Source: a virus
DNA: 46,515 nt
Direction: 5' to 3' (one strand)
UHGV virus genome: UHGV-0824613
The stretch's first letter is position 1. Every line of letters starts with the position of its first letter. The position numbers and the translations under genes were made by a program. This document shows positions 1 through 9,448 of the stretch, piece by piece. Below the pieces are notes generated by a model. The model had not been told where the DNA came from. It saw nothing but the letters and a program-made list of their open reading frames with translations, and did not search any database.

Positions 1-90
1 CTCAACACCAATATCCGAGATAATGTCCGGTGAGTTATCATCACCAATAACAACTTCCCACGGACCAGGTGTGCCTTTAAATTCTTCCAT
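1..90 (-). CDS. N-terminal part of junction-spanning small protein (paralog of 13386..13730); continues in frame at 46515
   Basis: ATG at 90..88. Reads MEEFKGTPGPWEVVIGDDNSPDIISDIGVE to position 1 with no stop. SD GAGGT upstream. N-terminus resembles MKDEFKGTKGPWQV of the 13386..13730 ORF. Confidence 0.6.
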   Translation of the reverse strand, partial: MEEFKGTPGPWEVVIGDDNSPDIISDIGVE

Positions 91-98
91 CGCCAACC

Positions 99-242
99 TC
101 ACTTAATATATTCCATGATCTCACATTCCCGCATCTGCACCAGACCAAATGGCGCAACCACCTTACCGCATGGACGGATTTTGATTTGCTCAACGTTGAA
201 CACACCGCAGCGCCCGTTTCCTTTGAATTTGACCATTACCAT
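99..242 (-). CDS. small hypothetical protein (47 aa)
   Basis: ATG at 242..240; MVMVKFKGNGRCGVFNVEQIKIRPCGKVVAPFGLVQMRECEIMEYIK. Lies in a minus-strand operon whose downstream gene has its RBS within this ORF's 3' end. Not in the ORF track (<60 aa). Confidence 0.35.
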   Translation of the reverse strand: MVMVKFKGNGRCGVFNVEQIKIRPCGKVVAPFGLVQMRECEIMEYIK

Positions 243-244
243 AA

Positions 245-398
245 TTAATACCTGTTTTTCTTGGCTAATTGTTGCGCACGTTTCTTCGTGTACCCACAGG
301 CCATCAGACGCTTGACCTCGTTGCGGCGCTTTGCGAAATGGTACTCGCGAGAATTAAATGCGTATTCGTTGTTAAAGTTAGTACCACGTGGATTCATA
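245..398 (-). CDS. small basic hypothetical protein (50 aa)
   Basis: ATG at 398..396 preceded by GAGGTGA SD. MNPRGTNFNNEYAFNSREYHFAKRRNEVKRLMACGYTKKRAQQLAKKNRY. First gene of a minus-strand operon that runs through the window junction. Confidence 0.4.
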
Positions 399-502
399 TT
401 TATCACCTCACTCATCATTTGATGTAGATACTATGCACCACCACTAAACCTACGTCAATAGTCATTGTGATAGAATTAATAATAACTTGAACGGGAGGCA
501 GA

Positions 503-781
503 ATGAAACTATCGCAACGCGGTGCGGAGACGCTTGGTATCACTAATGCCGTGGATATATCGCCTTACATCACCACTGAGACAACACAGAATCAGTTCGA
601 CGCACTGACAAGTCTTGCCACCGACATTGGCATTGACGCTTTCCGTAAATCAACACTGCTGAAGAAACATAATCTCCGCTGCTTCTCATGTGCTGTTGCG
701 CATTTCATCGTGTGGGGCGAGAAGACTGGCGACAAAGCAAAACGCAAAGCTGAAAAAGAGGTTTACTGGTATGGCTATTAG
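503..781 (+). CDS. GH24 (T4/P22-type) lysozyme C-terminal fragment; likely a truncated remnant
   Basis: TQNQFDALTSLATDIGIDAFRKSTLLKKHNL...VWGEKTGDKAKRKAEKEVYW matches the conserved C-terminal half of GH24 phage lysozymes (NQNQYDAL.SL..NIG..AF..ST.L...LLWKKAGK..RRRRER). The N-terminal catalytic E/D/T region is absent. Overlaps the next gene by 11 nt. Confidence 0.5.
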   Translation: MKLSQRGAETLGITNAVDISPYITTETTQNQFDALTSLATDIGIDAFRKSTLLKKHNLRCFSCAVAHFIVWGEKTGDKAKRKAEKEVYWYGY

Positions 782-1235
782 CAAAAATATGAAAGCGTTT
801 CTGGATATGCTGGCGTACAGCGAGGGCACGGATAACGGTCGACAGAAAACCAATAATCATGGTTATGATGTGATTGTTGGTGGCTCACTGTTTACCGACT
901 ATTCCGATCACCCACGGAAGCTGATTAGCCTGCCAAAGCTGGGCATCAAATCCACTGCCGCAGGGCGCTATCAGGTGCTGGCTAAGTTTTATGACGCGTA
1001 TAAAAAGCAGTTGCGCCTGCCTGACTTCTCTCCCGCATCGCAGGACGCTATTGCAATGCAGCTGATCCGTGAATGCAAAGCAACCGCCGACATCGAGGCT
1101 AGCCGCATTGCTGATGCCATCCATAAATGCCGCTCACGCTGGGCCTCATTGCCGGGCGCTGGATATGGTCAGCATGAGCAGAAACTGGATAAGCTGATTC
1201 AGGTGTACAAGGCCGCTGGCGGGGCAGTCGCATGA
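771..1235 (+). CDS. endolysin, lambda R-type lytic transglycosylase
   Basis: MAISKNMKAFLDMLAYSEGTDNGRQKTNNHGYDVIVGG...WASLPGAGYGQHEQK is near-collinear with lambda R (KAFLDMLAWSEGTDNGRQKTRNHGYDVIVGG...ASLPGAGYGQFEH). AAAGAGG SD upstream. Confidence 0.9.
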   Translation: MAISKNMKAFLDMLAYSEGTDNGRQKTNNHGYDVIVGGSLFTDYSDHPRKLISLPKLGIKSTAAGRYQVLAKFYDAYKKQLRLPDFSPASQDAIAMQLIRECKATADIEASRIADAIHKCRSRWASLPGAGYGQHEQKLDKLIQVYKAAGGAVA

Positions 1236-1471
1236 AAAAGCTAAGCAACTGGCTGCTCGGCGCATGGATTTCATTCTGCTCACTATTGCAGCTATGGCCT
1301 GATGCAATGATGCATGTGTGGGTAATGATGCCGGATGACCTGAAAGCGGCACTACCGCCAATCGTGGTTAAAGGTGTGAGCTACTCCATCATGCTGGTTG
1401 GCATCCTCGGCAAGATGAACGGCATGAGGAAGGAAAACCGGAGGCTGCGCGATGATGTCGATTCTCGCTAA
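1232..1471 (+). CDS. putative holin (two hydrophobic segments, charged C-terminus)
   Basis: ATGA overlap with the endolysin stop. Two TM-like stretches (WLLGAWISFCSLLQLW, VSYSIMLVGILG) and a basic/acidic tail KENRRLRDDVDSR. Sits between the endolysin and the spanins. Confidence 0.5.
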   Translation: MKKLSNWLLGAWISFCSLLQLWPDAMMHVWVMMPDDLKAALPPIVVKGVSYSIMLVGILGKMNGMRKENRRLRDDVDSR

Positions 1472-1943
1472 ATACTGGCGACCACTGGCAATTATTATAA
1501 TTGTCGCTATCTGTGCGCTGTGGGTTATCAATAAGGTGACTAGCTATGGCGAGCAGAGATGCAACGACGGGTATGCGAAGGCTGTAGCCGAACAACAGGC
1601 TGCCAACGCGAAAGAGGAGCAACGACGCAATGCAGAACTACAGAAAATTCAGGCCGACGCCCAGCAAAGGATTGATGCTGCGCGCAATGACGCTGTCAAT
1701 GCTGCTGCTAAGTCTGGCAGGTTGCAGCAACAACTCGCAAACATCCGCAAGCAGCTCGTCGGATATTCCTCCGCTGAGTCCATTGGCAATCCAGCCGCAG
1801 ATACCGGAGTTTTGCTTGCCGACGTGCTCGCAAAGTCTGTCGAAAGAAATCGACAGCTGGCAGATTACGCTGACAGGGCAAGAGAGGCGGGATTAGCTTG
1901 CGAGGCGCAGTATAATTCGTTACGCAATAAAAAAGCCCCGTAA
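1452..1943 (+). CDS. Rz: i-spanin (Rz-like)
   Basis: N-terminal TM (LAIIIIVAICALWVI) followed by a long periplasmic coiled-coil, Q/A/R-rich. Contains an embedded +1-frame lipoprotein ORF. Terminator hairpin aaaaaagccccgtaatggggctt at 1935..1960. Confidence 0.8.
   Translation: MMSILAKYWRPLAIIIIVAICALWVINKVTSYGEQRCNDGYAKAVAEQQAANAKEEQRRNAELQKIQADAQQRIDAARNDAVNAAAKSGRLQQQLANIRKQLVGYSSAESIGNPAADTGVLLADVLAKSVERNRQLADYADRAREAGLACEAQYNSLRNKKAP
1630..1896 (+). CDS. Rz1: o-spanin (Rz1-like lipoprotein) embedded in Rz; true start probably internal (about 1675-1690)
   Basis: MTLSMLLLSLAGC lipobox (LAGC), then a Pro-rich short periplasmic segment. Entirely within the Rz ORF in another frame. Confidence 0.7.
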   Translation: MQNYRKFRPTPSKGLMLRAMTLSMLLLSLAGCSNNSQTSASSSSDIPPLSPLAIQPQIPEFCLPTCSQSLSKEIDSWQITLTGQERRD

Positions 1944-1984
1944 TGGGGCTTGTGTTTCAACAACCTTCGTATTCGTCTGCGCTC

Positions 1985-2191
1985 TCATCCATATCTTTGC
2001 GCGATTTTACTGGGTCGGCGAACTCTTGCAATGCCATTTATACCTAACTCATATAGTGGTTTGATTTTATACCCAAACATAACTGCATTTTTGTGCTCTA
2101 CGCTACCAGAAAACACCAGGTAGCGCTTACCGCGATTGTCCGTAACGATGTAGGCAGCTGGATCACTCTGCTGGTAATGTTGTTGACTCAT
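1985..2191 (-). CDS. hypothetical protein
   Basis: Internal ATG (MSQQHYQQ...) at 2191 with GAGGAA SD. Minus-strand early operon. Confidence 0.4.
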   Translation of the reverse strand: MSQQHYQQSDPAAYIVTDNRGKRYLVFSGSVEHKNAVMFGYKIKPLYELGINGIARVRRPSKIAQRYG

Positions 2192-2468
2192 CAACAGATT
2201 CCTCAGCAGCAGTTTCAACGATGCGCACCAGTGAACACTCAAGGTTCGGTGCATTGTAATTACCAGCCAGAAACAGCACGCTACCAGTGCTAATCAACAC
2301 CTGCTTTGCGTTTGCCTGTGACAGATTCTGCACGATGAATTGCGCAGTTTCCGTACCTATTTTCAGTACTGCGCTACCGTCACTGTTCAGTGATACCAGT
2401 TGTGCGGATGTGTCAGCAATATTGGTAAAGTTCGCGTTTCGTTGCGCGATGGTGATGTCTGTGAACAT
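2163..2468 (-). CDS. hypothetical protein
   Basis: 101-aa ORF in a tightly packed minus-strand operon. Confidence 0.5.
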   Translation of the reverse strand: MFTDITIAQRNANFTNIADTSAQLVSLNSDGSAVLKIGTETAQFIVQNLSQANAKQVLISTGSVLFLAGNYNAPNLECSLVRIVETAAEESVDESTTLPAE

Positions 2469-2469
2469 A

Positions 2470-2691
2470 TTAGCCTCTTACGTTTAATTTGATTTTTCCA
2501 TCCACGTCGCGTGATGCGCACTCAACAGTGATTGTTAACTTGGTAATCTCTTCGACGTCTGCATCAAGAATCAAGCGGACGCAACCACCAACGATTCTAC
2601 CATCCTGATCAACAACGCGAATTTTATCATCGACTCTTTCAACGTGGAGCCAAACTTTGTCTTCATCACACCCATTATTGAGAATTGACAT
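2470..2691 (-). CDS. hypothetical protein
   Basis: 73-aa ORF; abuts its neighbours. Confidence 0.5.
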   Translation of the reverse strand: MSILNNGCDEDKVWLHVERVDDKIRVVDQDGRIVGGCVRLILDADVEEITKLTITVECASRDVDGKIKLNVRG

Positions 2692-2960
2692 TATTTAATC
2701 TCTCCATTCAGCTCATTAACGATTAACGTCGCATAGCCAGCAATATCTTTCCAGCTATCGTCATATGTCGGGTCGCCATTCAGGATGCGCCCAATTTTGT
2801 GCTGAATCATGTCGAGCGACTCGCGTTGGCTTGGCGTAAGATTATGCCATCCATCCACTTCGCGCATCACATCTTTCAGTTCCTGCATGATTTCAGCGCC
2901 ATCCTTGAATTTGCCATAGCGGCTACCGCGTTCGGTGATGAGTTGCTCTGTATCTTTCAT
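2691..2960 (-). CDS. hypothetical protein (possibly all-alpha NTP-pyrophosphatase/MazG-like; uncertain)
   Basis: 89-aa helical, acidic ORF (EIMQELKDVMREV...). Packed operon. Confidence 0.5.
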   Translation of the reverse strand: MKDTEQLITERGSRYGKFKDGAEIMQELKDVMREVDGWHNLTPSQRESLDMIQHKIGRILNGDPTYDDSWKDIAGYATLIVNELNGEIK

Positions 2961-3449
2961 TTACTTTAATGCTCCGTGATTTTTATGGAAACAATATTTT
3001 TCCTCAGCTGCTTTTCTGCATTCTGCAGCCATTGACAAGTTTGAGAATCTGCCAAGCGCAATCTGCTTTCCGTTCACGGCAATCTTTGCATACCATTTCT
3101 TACTCTTGTTATCCCAACTAACTCCGACAACATTACTCGTGTTATCAGATCGCATAGAAAGATTCTTAGCGTTCTGCTTTCTGCTTACCAATCTGAGATT
3201 CTCAATCCTATTATCATCACGAATGTGGTTTATATGATCAATCTCCATCCCCTCTGGTATCTCACCATTGTGCATTTCCCAAATTATTCTATGCATCAGT
3301 CGCACTTTTCCAAAGCAATGAACCTGCATGTACCCATTACCTGCCATGCTTCCTGCCAGCCTCCCTATTTTCATGTTTCTGTTTGTTTTTATCTTCCAAT
3401 ATAGCAACCCATCACGGTATTCGAACACATCATTCCAATCCATCATCAC
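2961..3449 (-). CDS. HNH homing endonuclease with C-terminal AP2 DNA-binding domain
   Basis: HNH_3-type motif GYMQV...HRIIWEMHNGEIPEGMEIDHINHIRDDNRIENLRLVSRKQN. AP2-like GVSWDNKSKKWYAKIAVNGKQIALGRFSNLSMAAECRKAAEEKY. Confidence 0.8.
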   Translation of the reverse strand: MMMDWNDVFEYRDGLLYWKIKTNRNMKIGRLAGSMAGNGYMQVHCFGKVRLMHRIIWEMHNGEIPEGMEIDHINHIRDDNRIENLRLVSRKQNAKNLSMRSDNTSNVVGVSWDNKSKKWYAKIAVNGKQIALGRFSNLSMAAECRKAAEEKYCFHKNHGALK

Positions 3450-3654
3450 TCTCCTTTATTGTGACTTTGTTATTCTCGTCAACACTGAAGTTGGCGCGAA
3501 TTAAATCATACATGTCATTTTTAGACATATCAGCCAGCGCCACATAGCAACGGGCAAAGTAGCGAACATCACGGAGTGTCAGCGGCTGACGCTTCTCCAC
3601 AATGCTGGTGATAATGTCCATCGGCTCGCGTCGTGGTCTTGGCATATTTGCCAC
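3430..3654 (-). CDS. hypothetical protein
   Basis: 74-aa ORF. First gene of the minus operon, downstream of the divergent promoter region 3655..3747. Confidence 0.5.
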   Translation of the reverse strand: MANMPRPRREPMDIITSIVEKRQPLTLRDVRYFARCYVALADMSKNDMYDLIRANFSVDENNKVTIKESDDGLE

Positions 3655-3747
3655 TCCTTTCGAAATTTATTATTGACGAATCTACGTCACTTAGTCAATA
3701 CTATTGGTGTAGAATGATTCTACCACAACGGAAAAGGTGATGTAAAA
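3655..3747. promoter_or_regulatory. divergent promoter/operator region with motif copy and palindromes
   Basis: TTGACG (3673-3678). Motif gaatctacgtcac (3678-3690) within the palindrome tgacg-N6-cgtca. Second palindrome gtagaat-g-attctac (3708-3722). -10-like TACTAT/TAGAAT. Confidence 0.5.
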
Positions 3748-3945
3748 ATGCAATACAAAGAAATAGCAGCGAGATATCAGAAAGAGGTGCGCGATGTTAT
3801 GGAAATCCTTAACGTTCGCGAGGATACCATTAAGTATGTAGAAACTGCCATGTGTTCACTGGCACTTGAAGCGGAGGTTGCAGGTCGTGAAAAGGCTGAC
3901 GAACTTATATCTGCGGTGGTTTATAGTTCAACCAGTAACGGTTGA
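3748..3945 (+). CDS. hypothetical protein
   Basis: 65-aa ORF with GAAAAGGTGA SD upstream. Confidence 0.5.
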   Translation: MQYKEIAARYQKEVRDVMEILNVREDTIKYVETAMCSLALEAEVAGREKADELISAVVYSSTSNG

Positions 3946-4005
3946 AGATGAAGGTTATCTGTGCGTTGAGCATGTTGTTATCAAATTCTACGGGAGAAAT
4001 TACAA

Positions 4006-4200
4006 ATGGCGCATGACGAACTGTACGAAAAATCGCTAATCCAGCGACTGAATGAAGTTGAACGTACTCGCGAATGGCTGGAATGCGAACTGCGTGAGGT
4101 GCGCAACCGCCTGCAGCGTAAGCGTAGTCAACAGAAAGATGTTATCGACTGGTCAGGTGATACGCCTAAATTTAACAACTTGGAAGAATGGATAAAATGA
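4006..4200 (+). CDS. hypothetical protein
   Basis: 64-aa ORF. Confidence 0.5.
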   Translation: MAHDELYEKSLIQRLNEVERTREWLECELREVRNRLQRKRSQQKDVIDWSGDTPKFNNLEEWIK

Positions 4201-4442
4201 GCGCACCACATATGCCGATGATGAATGATGAAGGATTGCTGGGGTGCCCATTCTGTGGTAGCAACGAAGTTAAGTTATATAACGATGATGGGATGTATTT
4301 CTCCATGTGCGAGTGTGGCTGCTCAAGCGACGTTCACGTAACGAAGTTGGCAGCGGCTACGCAATGGAACACAAGAGGTGGGCACCTCTACACCGCAGAG
4401 GACTTCAATCAGGCAGCAGAGGAGCGCGAGCATGGACTATAA
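4188..4442 (+). CDS. Lar-family restriction-alleviation-like zinc-ribbon protein
   Basis: CPFCGSNEV...MCECGCSSDV...AAATQWNTRG matches the Lar family signature (CPFCG ... C..CG ... A...WN.R). Confidence 0.7.
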   Translation: MDKMSAPHMPMMNDEGLLGCPFCGSNEVKLYNDDGMYFSMCECGCSSDVHVTKLAAATQWNTRGGHLYTAEDFNQAAEEREHGL

Positions 4443-4920
4443 ATCGCAAATCATGCGCGTAATTGTCAACCATCCCGGCGCAACGCGCGCATATATTGAA
4501 AAGCATTGCGGAGGAAAGCATTCAAGTACCACGACGCATCGTTTGCATGAGATGCTTGCGCTTGGATTCATTCGTCGCGAGAAGTCCGTGATTCGTGGTG
4601 GCAAGTGGCAGTATAAATATTTCATCTCTGATGATGCGGTAGGTATTGATGATGCAATTAAGTGCCACTTGCTTGATAACGCTGGCGCAGAGGTGAAAGA
4701 AATCAGCGCCGCCACTGGCATTGATTACCGAATCGTGAAAAGCCGTATCCGCATTATGTTTCATAACGGCGACGTGACGCGAAGCTATGACCATCATAAG
4801 AAGCTATGGCGTTACTCATGGAAGGAGAGGGAAATCAATGTAGGCAATCTGTTTAATTCACTTCTTCGCAACGCAAGAGGTCATCATGGGAAAAACGAAA
4901 CGCAAGAAGCAGGAGTATGA
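4432..4920 (+). CDS. hypothetical protein, possible winged-helix DNA-binding protein
   Basis: ATG at 4432 with GGAG SD, overlapping the upstream stop. HTH-like segments. Confidence 0.5.
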   Translation: MDYKSQIMRVIVNHPGATRAYIEKHCGGKHSSTTTHRLHEMLALGFIRREKSVIRGGKWQYKYFISDDAVGIDDAIKCHLLDNAGAEVKEISAATGIDYRIVKSRIRIMFHNGDVTRSYDHHKKLWRYSWKEREINVGNLFNSLLRNARGHHGKNETQEAGV

Positions 4921-5045
4921 GCCATTGCCGCCATGCGAAATGTCAGGAATGCCGCAGCAGGAGGACGTGATTCTCACCGAAGCTGAGTGGCGCAAGGTGG
5001 CAAGAGTGCAAATCATGTTCCGCAAACTTGCTGAGGACGTACTAA

Positions 5046-5399
5046 ATGAGATGGGCTATTAAGCATAAATCTGGCAGAACCATATTTGTGACATCGGATG
5101 AGTTTATTGCCAATAACCGTAGAAAGATGGGTTGGATAGTGGAGGAAGTGAAGATGACGAGTAGAGAGCAGTTTGAGGAGAAGATTCGGCACGCGTACGG
5201 GGAAGATTATCTGACAGTTAATGATGATGGTGATTACGTTAACTGGGGAATAGCTGACCTATGGGAATTTTGGGTTGCATCGCGAGCTGAGATTGAGATT
5301 GAATTGCCAGAGGAAGAAAGTTTGGGATGCCACGCTATTTACTATGCAGAAGATGTTATTGATGCAATCGAAAACGCAGGCTTAAAGGTGAAAAAATGA
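5046..5399 (+). CDS. hypothetical protein
   Basis: 117-aa ORF, GAGGA SD 10 nt upstream. Confidence 0.5.
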   Translation: MRWAIKHKSGRTIFVTSDEFIANNRRKMGWIVEEVKMTSREQFEEKIRHAYGEDYLTVNDDGDYVNWGIADLWEFWVASRAEIEIELPEEESLGCHAIYYAEDVIDAIENAGLKVKK

Positions 5400-5722
5400 T
5401 TATCCAGTTAAACGACATCATGAAAGCAGACATCATTCAACTTGAAGATTATGACGTGCAACTGGCGTTTGAAATCGAAACTGTCGAACGCCAACTGCAG
5501 TATGCAGATAAGAAGAACGACCGCGTCTGGCATGAGAAAGCACTTAAGGCGCGCGACCACATGAAGCGCACGCGAGCACTCATCAAAACGAGACTAGATA
5601 AGCTGTATTTTGGCGAAGAACGCATGTTGCACGGAGCTATTCTGGCGCAAATCCGTAAGGAAATGCCGATTGGTAAGTTCATGTCATATGTGCACCGTGC
5701 AAAACAGGAGGCTGGGTTATGA
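5396..5722 (+). CDS. hypothetical protein
   Basis: 108-aa ORF with ATGA overlap to its upstream neighbour. Confidence 0.5.
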   Translation: MIIQLNDIMKADIIQLEDYDVQLAFEIETVERQLQYADKKNDRVWHEKALKARDHMKRTRALIKTRLDKLYFGEERMLHGAILAQIRKEMPIGKFMSYVHRAKQEAGL

Positions 5723-5907
5723 ATGCACCAAAATTTCCAGAGTTACCAGTAGAGGTTCAGGTTGCGCTAATTAATGCAGCAAGCGCAATGGCAACAAAGA
5801 AGATTGAGGCAATCGGAAGCGATTACAACAGGAATATAGACTGGTTTCAGAGGGAATATCAAAAAATCTGTGATGCACTCTACAAAGAAAACAGAGGTAG
5901 ACCATGA
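5719..5907 (+). CDS. hypothetical protein
   Basis: 62-aa ORF with ATGA overlaps on both sides. Confidence 0.5.
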   Translation: MNAPKFPELPVEVQVALINAASAMATKKIEAIGSDYNRNIDWFQREYQKICDALYKENRGRP

Positions 5908-6050
5908 TTCCATTGCTATGGATACTCTCGGCATACGCATTCGCCAGAGTGTTTGAAGCTGACAGTCTGTATCAGGTGGTTTGCTATGGTGCATTATTTT
6001 GTCTTTCAGGCGCCGCGCTGGCTTTCCTTGATGATGTAATTTCAGACTAA
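5904..6050 (+). CDS. small membrane protein (48 aa)
   Basis: ATGA-coupled to the upstream gene. Hydrophobic MIPLLWILSAYAFA... Not in the ORF track. Confidence 0.35.
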   Translation: MIPLLWILSAYAFARVFEADSLYQVVCYGALFCLSGAALAFLDDVISD

Positions 6051-6105
6051 CACCGTATATCTTTTGTTCATCATGGGCTGCTATCATTTAATCAGGAGGT
6101 AGCCC

Positions 6106-6243
6106 ATGAATATAATCCCCATCACTTACTTTCTCACGCTATACGCGCTCACCAATTCGCCATTGTTTGCACTGGCTACCGCCTCATGGTGCTACATCTC
6201 CCTGTGTTATAATTCGACCACAAAAAAAGGTGTCAACAGATGA
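6106..6243 (+). CDS. small membrane protein (45 aa)
   Basis: Strong AGGAGG SD. MNIIPITYFLTLYALTNSPLFALATASW... Followed by bidirectional terminator 6226..6253. Not in the ORF track. Confidence 0.4.
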   Translation: MNIIPITYFLTLYALTNSPLFALATASWCYISLCYNSTTKKGVNR

Positions 6244-6256
6244 CACCTTTTATTTT

Positions 6257-7654
6257 CTATTTACTCCACTCTATTCTCATTTGTCCGCTATCCCATATCC
6301 TGCTTACACCTTCAGATTCGTACCATTCGCTCTGAGTCATGCCATTAGGTGCCTTGTTCCACTTTTGCCTTGATTCCACATGGTTTCCGTTAACAATCGC
6401 GAATCCGGGTTTTATGCTTACAGCTTTAAAGCCAGCTAAGAGGTATGATTTACCGGTAAACAAATCAAGGTCTACATAGCTGAAACACTTATCAAAACCA
6501 ACAACTGATGAGCAGTGTTTTAGCATCTTTGTTAACCCCCCACGAACATTGCACTTAGATGCGAATCTAACTAACTCAACAGAACCTTTTCTTACTGTAA
6601 ATGACATAACGGATACCAGTTCACCGCCACAAAATAAACCGAAGTGCCTACTGGCATTCCTCCCTCCCATAACATGGTATCTATCAAGAAAAGCCCTTGA
6701 TTCAGATGGTGATACATCTTTAACGGTGCACTTTCTTGCGTCAACCTTCCTACTCTCAGATGCCCCCATGGCATTAATTATTATTTCCTCTACTAATTCG
6801 CGCTTATCTCTCCATATATCACTTCTTATGCTTATCAATCTCATCCCAGATGCTTCAACCATCTCTCTTTTCATTTTGTGATACAGCCTATCTTTCCCAG
6901 CCCTCTCCGAGTGCCAGTATGTGCCGTTTACCTCTATGGCTAATGATTTGGCTTTTGAGACTATATCCAGTTCATATGGTGCTATCGTTGCTCTATCTCT
7001 GCTGATCACATGTGGGTCCAGTAACTTAACAAATGCAAGGATATCGGCTTCTATGTTTGACATTACTCTTGCGCACGATGGACATCCATTACCAGCTAGG
7101 TGATTTGCTGCACCCTGAGTAAACTCCCCGTGTGTAGGGCATAAGATATTAATCTTGCCTCGGGAACCAGTAAAACCATTCGGGGAATACTCATACTTAT
7201 CACCATGGACGTATTTCGCATCATCAACAAAATTGCTGAACTTTTTTAACTTGGCTTTTCTCGATCTCTCATCTCCACATCTTGGGCATCCATTACCCCT
7301 CTTCAGGTGAATGTAGGCACATTGCTCAAACCACCCATGGATCGGGCATCCTATTGTTACCTTTGCCCTTGAAAACGTTTCAAAAAAAACCTTACTATAG
7401 TCATATTTCCCGCCATGAATAGCGGAGGCCATTGATTTAAAATCATCAACAGAAATAACGCCCCTTTGGCACTTTGCGCACCCCTGACCATGAAGGTGTT
7501 TGGATGGCTTTTGCCAGAATTCCCCATGCTTTTTGCATACTATTTTCATTGGTGAGTGGCAGCCATGAAAGGTATGAAAATCATACTCATAAGTCTCACC
7601 ATGAACGCTACGAATCTTTTCTTTGAGTTCATCAATAGTCATCTTCTTTGGCAT
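6257..7654 (-). CDS. free-standing homing-endonuclease-like protein: 3 Zn-ribbon repeats + Vsr/DUF559-like PD-(D/E)XK nuclease domain + C-terminal domain of unknown function
   Basis: Three repeats of YxY...C..HGxFxQ....HL.G.GCP.C. Then ...ELDIV...LAIEVNGTYWHS...D..R...L...G...ISIRSDIW (DUF559/Vsr-like). Antisense, between the early and head modules. Confidence 0.8.
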   Translation of the reverse strand: MPKKMTIDELKEKIRSVHGETYEYDFHTFHGCHSPMKIVCKKHGEFWQKPSKHLHGQGCAKCQRGVISVDDFKSMASAIHGGKYDYSKVFFETFSRAKVTIGCPIHGWFEQCAYIHLKRGNGCPRCGDERSRKAKLKKFSNFVDDAKYVHGDKYEYSPNGFTGSRGKINILCPTHGEFTQGAANHLAGNGCPSCARVMSNIEADILAFVKLLDPHVISRDRATIAPYELDIVSKAKSLAIEVNGTYWHSERAGKDRLYHKMKREMVEASGMRLISIRSDIWRDKRELVEEIIINAMGASESRKVDARKCTVKDVSPSESRAFLDRYHVMGGRNASRHFGLFCGGELVSVMSFTVRKGSVELVRFASKCNVRGGLTKMLKHCSSVVGFDKCFSYVDLDLFTGKSYLLAGFKAVSIKPGFAIVNGNHVESRQKWNKAPNGMTQSEWYESEGVSRIWDSGQMRIEWSK

Positions 7655-7691
7655 GATATAATTCCTAAGTTAACCAACAGCAGGGGTTAGT

Positions 7692-9447
<1,756 letters not shown>

Positions 9448-9448
<1 letters not shown>

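Noticed and set aside
115-315. 66-aa plus-strand ORF
   Set aside because: It overlaps two well-supported minus-strand small genes (99..242, 245..398) that have proper RBS and operon context. No RBS. Composition is not protein-like.
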